From an uncultured Akkermansia sp. (lineage in GTDB: Bacteria > Verrucomicrobiota > Verrucomicrobiia > Opitutales > Opitutaceae), in contig CAYNUW010000001.1 in NCBI GenBank assembly GCA_964400455.1, forward strand, positions 1-46,887: a DNA stretch of 46,887 nt. Reading direction: 5' to 3'. This document shows, piece after piece, positions 45,414-46,887 of this stretch. The position numbers were made by a program, and so were the translations under genes. The stretch's first letter is position 1. Every line of letters begins with the position of its first letter. The notes beneath the pieces were generated by a model. It was not told the origin of the DNA. It ran no database searches and saw nothing but the letters and a program-made list of their open reading frames with translations.

Positions 45414-46787
45414 ATGAAATCGGCCCGCCTACTCTCTCTCTTTCTCGCCCTCGCCGCCACCGCTCCTTGCCTGCTAGCTCAGGTCTTCCCCCTCTCGGAG
45501 AACACTTGGTCCAATCCCGACTTCGTTAAACGTTTTCTCGGCTCCTACGGCTTCAATACCGAGGTTAATCCGTCCATCACCACCGAGGAACGCGCCATTT
45601 TCGAAAAGATCGTTCCGCTGGTATCCACCCAGCCTGCCCTCGCCATCTCCGAACTAACCACCGCTCTCGCCGCCAATCCCGCTGCCAGCCCAGCCATGGT
45701 CTACACCTTGGCCAACGTATACTTCCAAACCGGCGACATCCCCGCCGCCGACACGCGCTACAAGGAAGCCATCTCCCGCTTTCCCAATTTCCTGCGCGCT
45801 TACAAAAATCTCGGAGTGCTTTACGTGCAAACCGGCAAATACGCCGATGCCCTTCCCTTGCTCATCAAGACCATCGAACTCGGGGGACAGGGAGCCGACG
45901 TTTACGGCCTTCTCGCCTATTGCTACCTCAGCACCGGCAATTCCGTGGCCGCCCTCCGGTCCTACGAGCAGGCACTTTTCTTTGAACCGAAGAGCCGCGA
46001 TTGGCGCATGGGCCGGGTGCAAGCTCTTATGAATATCGGCAGACAAGACGATGCCATCGCCGCTATTGACGACCTCATCAAGGAGTTCCCCGCCCAAACC
46101 GAGCTCCTCATGCTCCAGTCCAACGCTTTCATTGCCAAAAACGATCCCCACAGCGCCGCAGCCACCCTAGAAATCGTTCGTGCCGCCGGCAAAGCCGACG
46201 CCAACGCGCTGACCCTCCTCGGCGATATCTACCTGAATTTCAACCAGGCTGACCTCGCCCTCGACCTCTACCAGCAAGCCCTCGGCACCAAATCCCTCGG
46301 CAAAGATCGGGTGCTCCGCGTCGCCCGCCGTCTGGCCACCGTCAACGCCTGGACCCAGCTCGATGCCTACCTCGCCACGCTCGACTCCAATTCCGGATCG
46401 GTCAACTACACCGACGCCGAGCAAATCGACTTGCTCAACCTCAAAGCCCAAAGCGACCTTGCCCAAAACCGCAACGAAGCCGCTGGCGCTAAACTCGCCG
46501 AGGTCGTCCAGCGTGACCCGTTGAATGGTCGGGCCCTTCTCCTCTTGGCCAACTATTACTGGAACACCGGCGAGATTGCCCGCGCCGAACTCCACTACGA
46601 ACGCGCCGCCAAGGTTGAGGCTGTGGCCCCCGAGGCCATGATCCAGCACGCTCGAATGCTCGTCGCTCAACGCGATTTCCAAAAAGCCGTCTCTCTACTT
46701 GAACGCGCCCAGGCAATCCGCCCGGTGGCCTACATCGGCCAATACATGGAAAAGGTCGCCGCCGCCTCCCGCGCCTCCGGCCGTTGA
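45414..46787 (+). CDS. Exported TPR protein (TtpD-like)
   Basis: Signal peptide and multiple TPRs (YKEAISRFPNFLRAYKNLGVLY); last gene of the TonB cluster. Confidence 0.87.
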   Translation: MKSARLLSLFLALAATAPCLLAQVFPLSENTWSNPDFVKRFLGSYGFNTEVNPSITTEERAIFEKIVPLVSTQPALAISELTTALAANPAASPAMVYTLANVYFQTGDIPAADTRYKEAISRFPNFLRAYKNLGVLYVQTGKYADALPLLIKTIELGGQGADVYGLLAYCYLSTGNSVAALRSYEQALFFEPKSRDWRMGRVQALMNIGRQDDAIAAIDDLIKEFPAQTELLMLQSNAFIAKNDPHSAAATLEIVRAAGKADANALTLLGDIYLNFNQADLALDLYQQALGTKSLGKDRVLRVARRLATVNAWTQLDAYLATLDSNSGSVNYTDAEQIDLLNLKAQSDLAQNRNEAAGAKLAEVVQRDPLNGRALLLLANYYWNTGEIARAELHYERAAKVEAVAPEAMIQHARMLVAQRDFQKAVSLLERAQAIRPVAYIGQYMEKVAAASRASGR

Positions 46788-46820
46788 CCATCGCCCGCGA
46801 GTCTGCTCCTTACCCTACCG

Positions 46821-46848
46821 ACCGCGCCCAATCCGGGCGCGGTTTTTT
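46821..46848 (+). terminator. Rho-independent terminator of the TonB operon
   Basis: Stem ACCGCGCCC / AATCC / GGGCGCGGT followed by TTTTT. Confidence 0.85.
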
Positions 46849-46887
46849 CGTCCCGCCCATCGTCGGAACGAAGTTTATCCGCCACCT

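Noticed and set aside
1-46887. CRISPR array, tRNA/rRNA, transposase, prophage or defence genes
   Set aside because: No regularly spaced repeats, cloverleaf/T-loop signatures or corresponding protein motifs were seen by eye. tRNAscan and Infernal runs would be needed to exclude small RNAs.

Overview
High-GC bacterial chromosomal segment, most likely from a motile Opitutaceae-type member of the Verrucomicrobiota. The taxonomic call is inferred from gene style, the ExbB/ExbD-TPR clusters, starts lacking Shine-Dalgarno sites and the CotH mega-protein. About 35 protein genes are supported, in order: an Lrp regulator with a class I aminotransferase, tatA, a TonB-less TPR-TPR-ExbB-ExbD-ExbD-vWA operon, grpE-dnaJ, a CcoI/FixI-type P1B ATPase, deoC, a porin, an MCP, an HDOD protein, recQ-rlmJ-YhcH, hisB-hisH-DUF167, an atypical J-domain protein, a ~2200-aa lamin-tail/LamG/CotH/PATR surface protein, an RND pump, a LysR gene divergent from an NrtA/NasS-like gene, an outer-membrane efflux lipoprotein, and a TtpBC-ExbB-ExbD-TonB-TPR operon. 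No rRNA, tRNA, CRISPR array or transposase was recognised. The most interesting non-coding signals are two abutting face-to-face sigma54-type promoters between LysR and the NrtA-like gene, an identical 25-bp palindrome in two intergenic regions, a ~170-bp MITE-like stem-loop, and a structured region with six CTRAC motifs upstream of hisB. All calls come from reading the sequence; no database searches were run.
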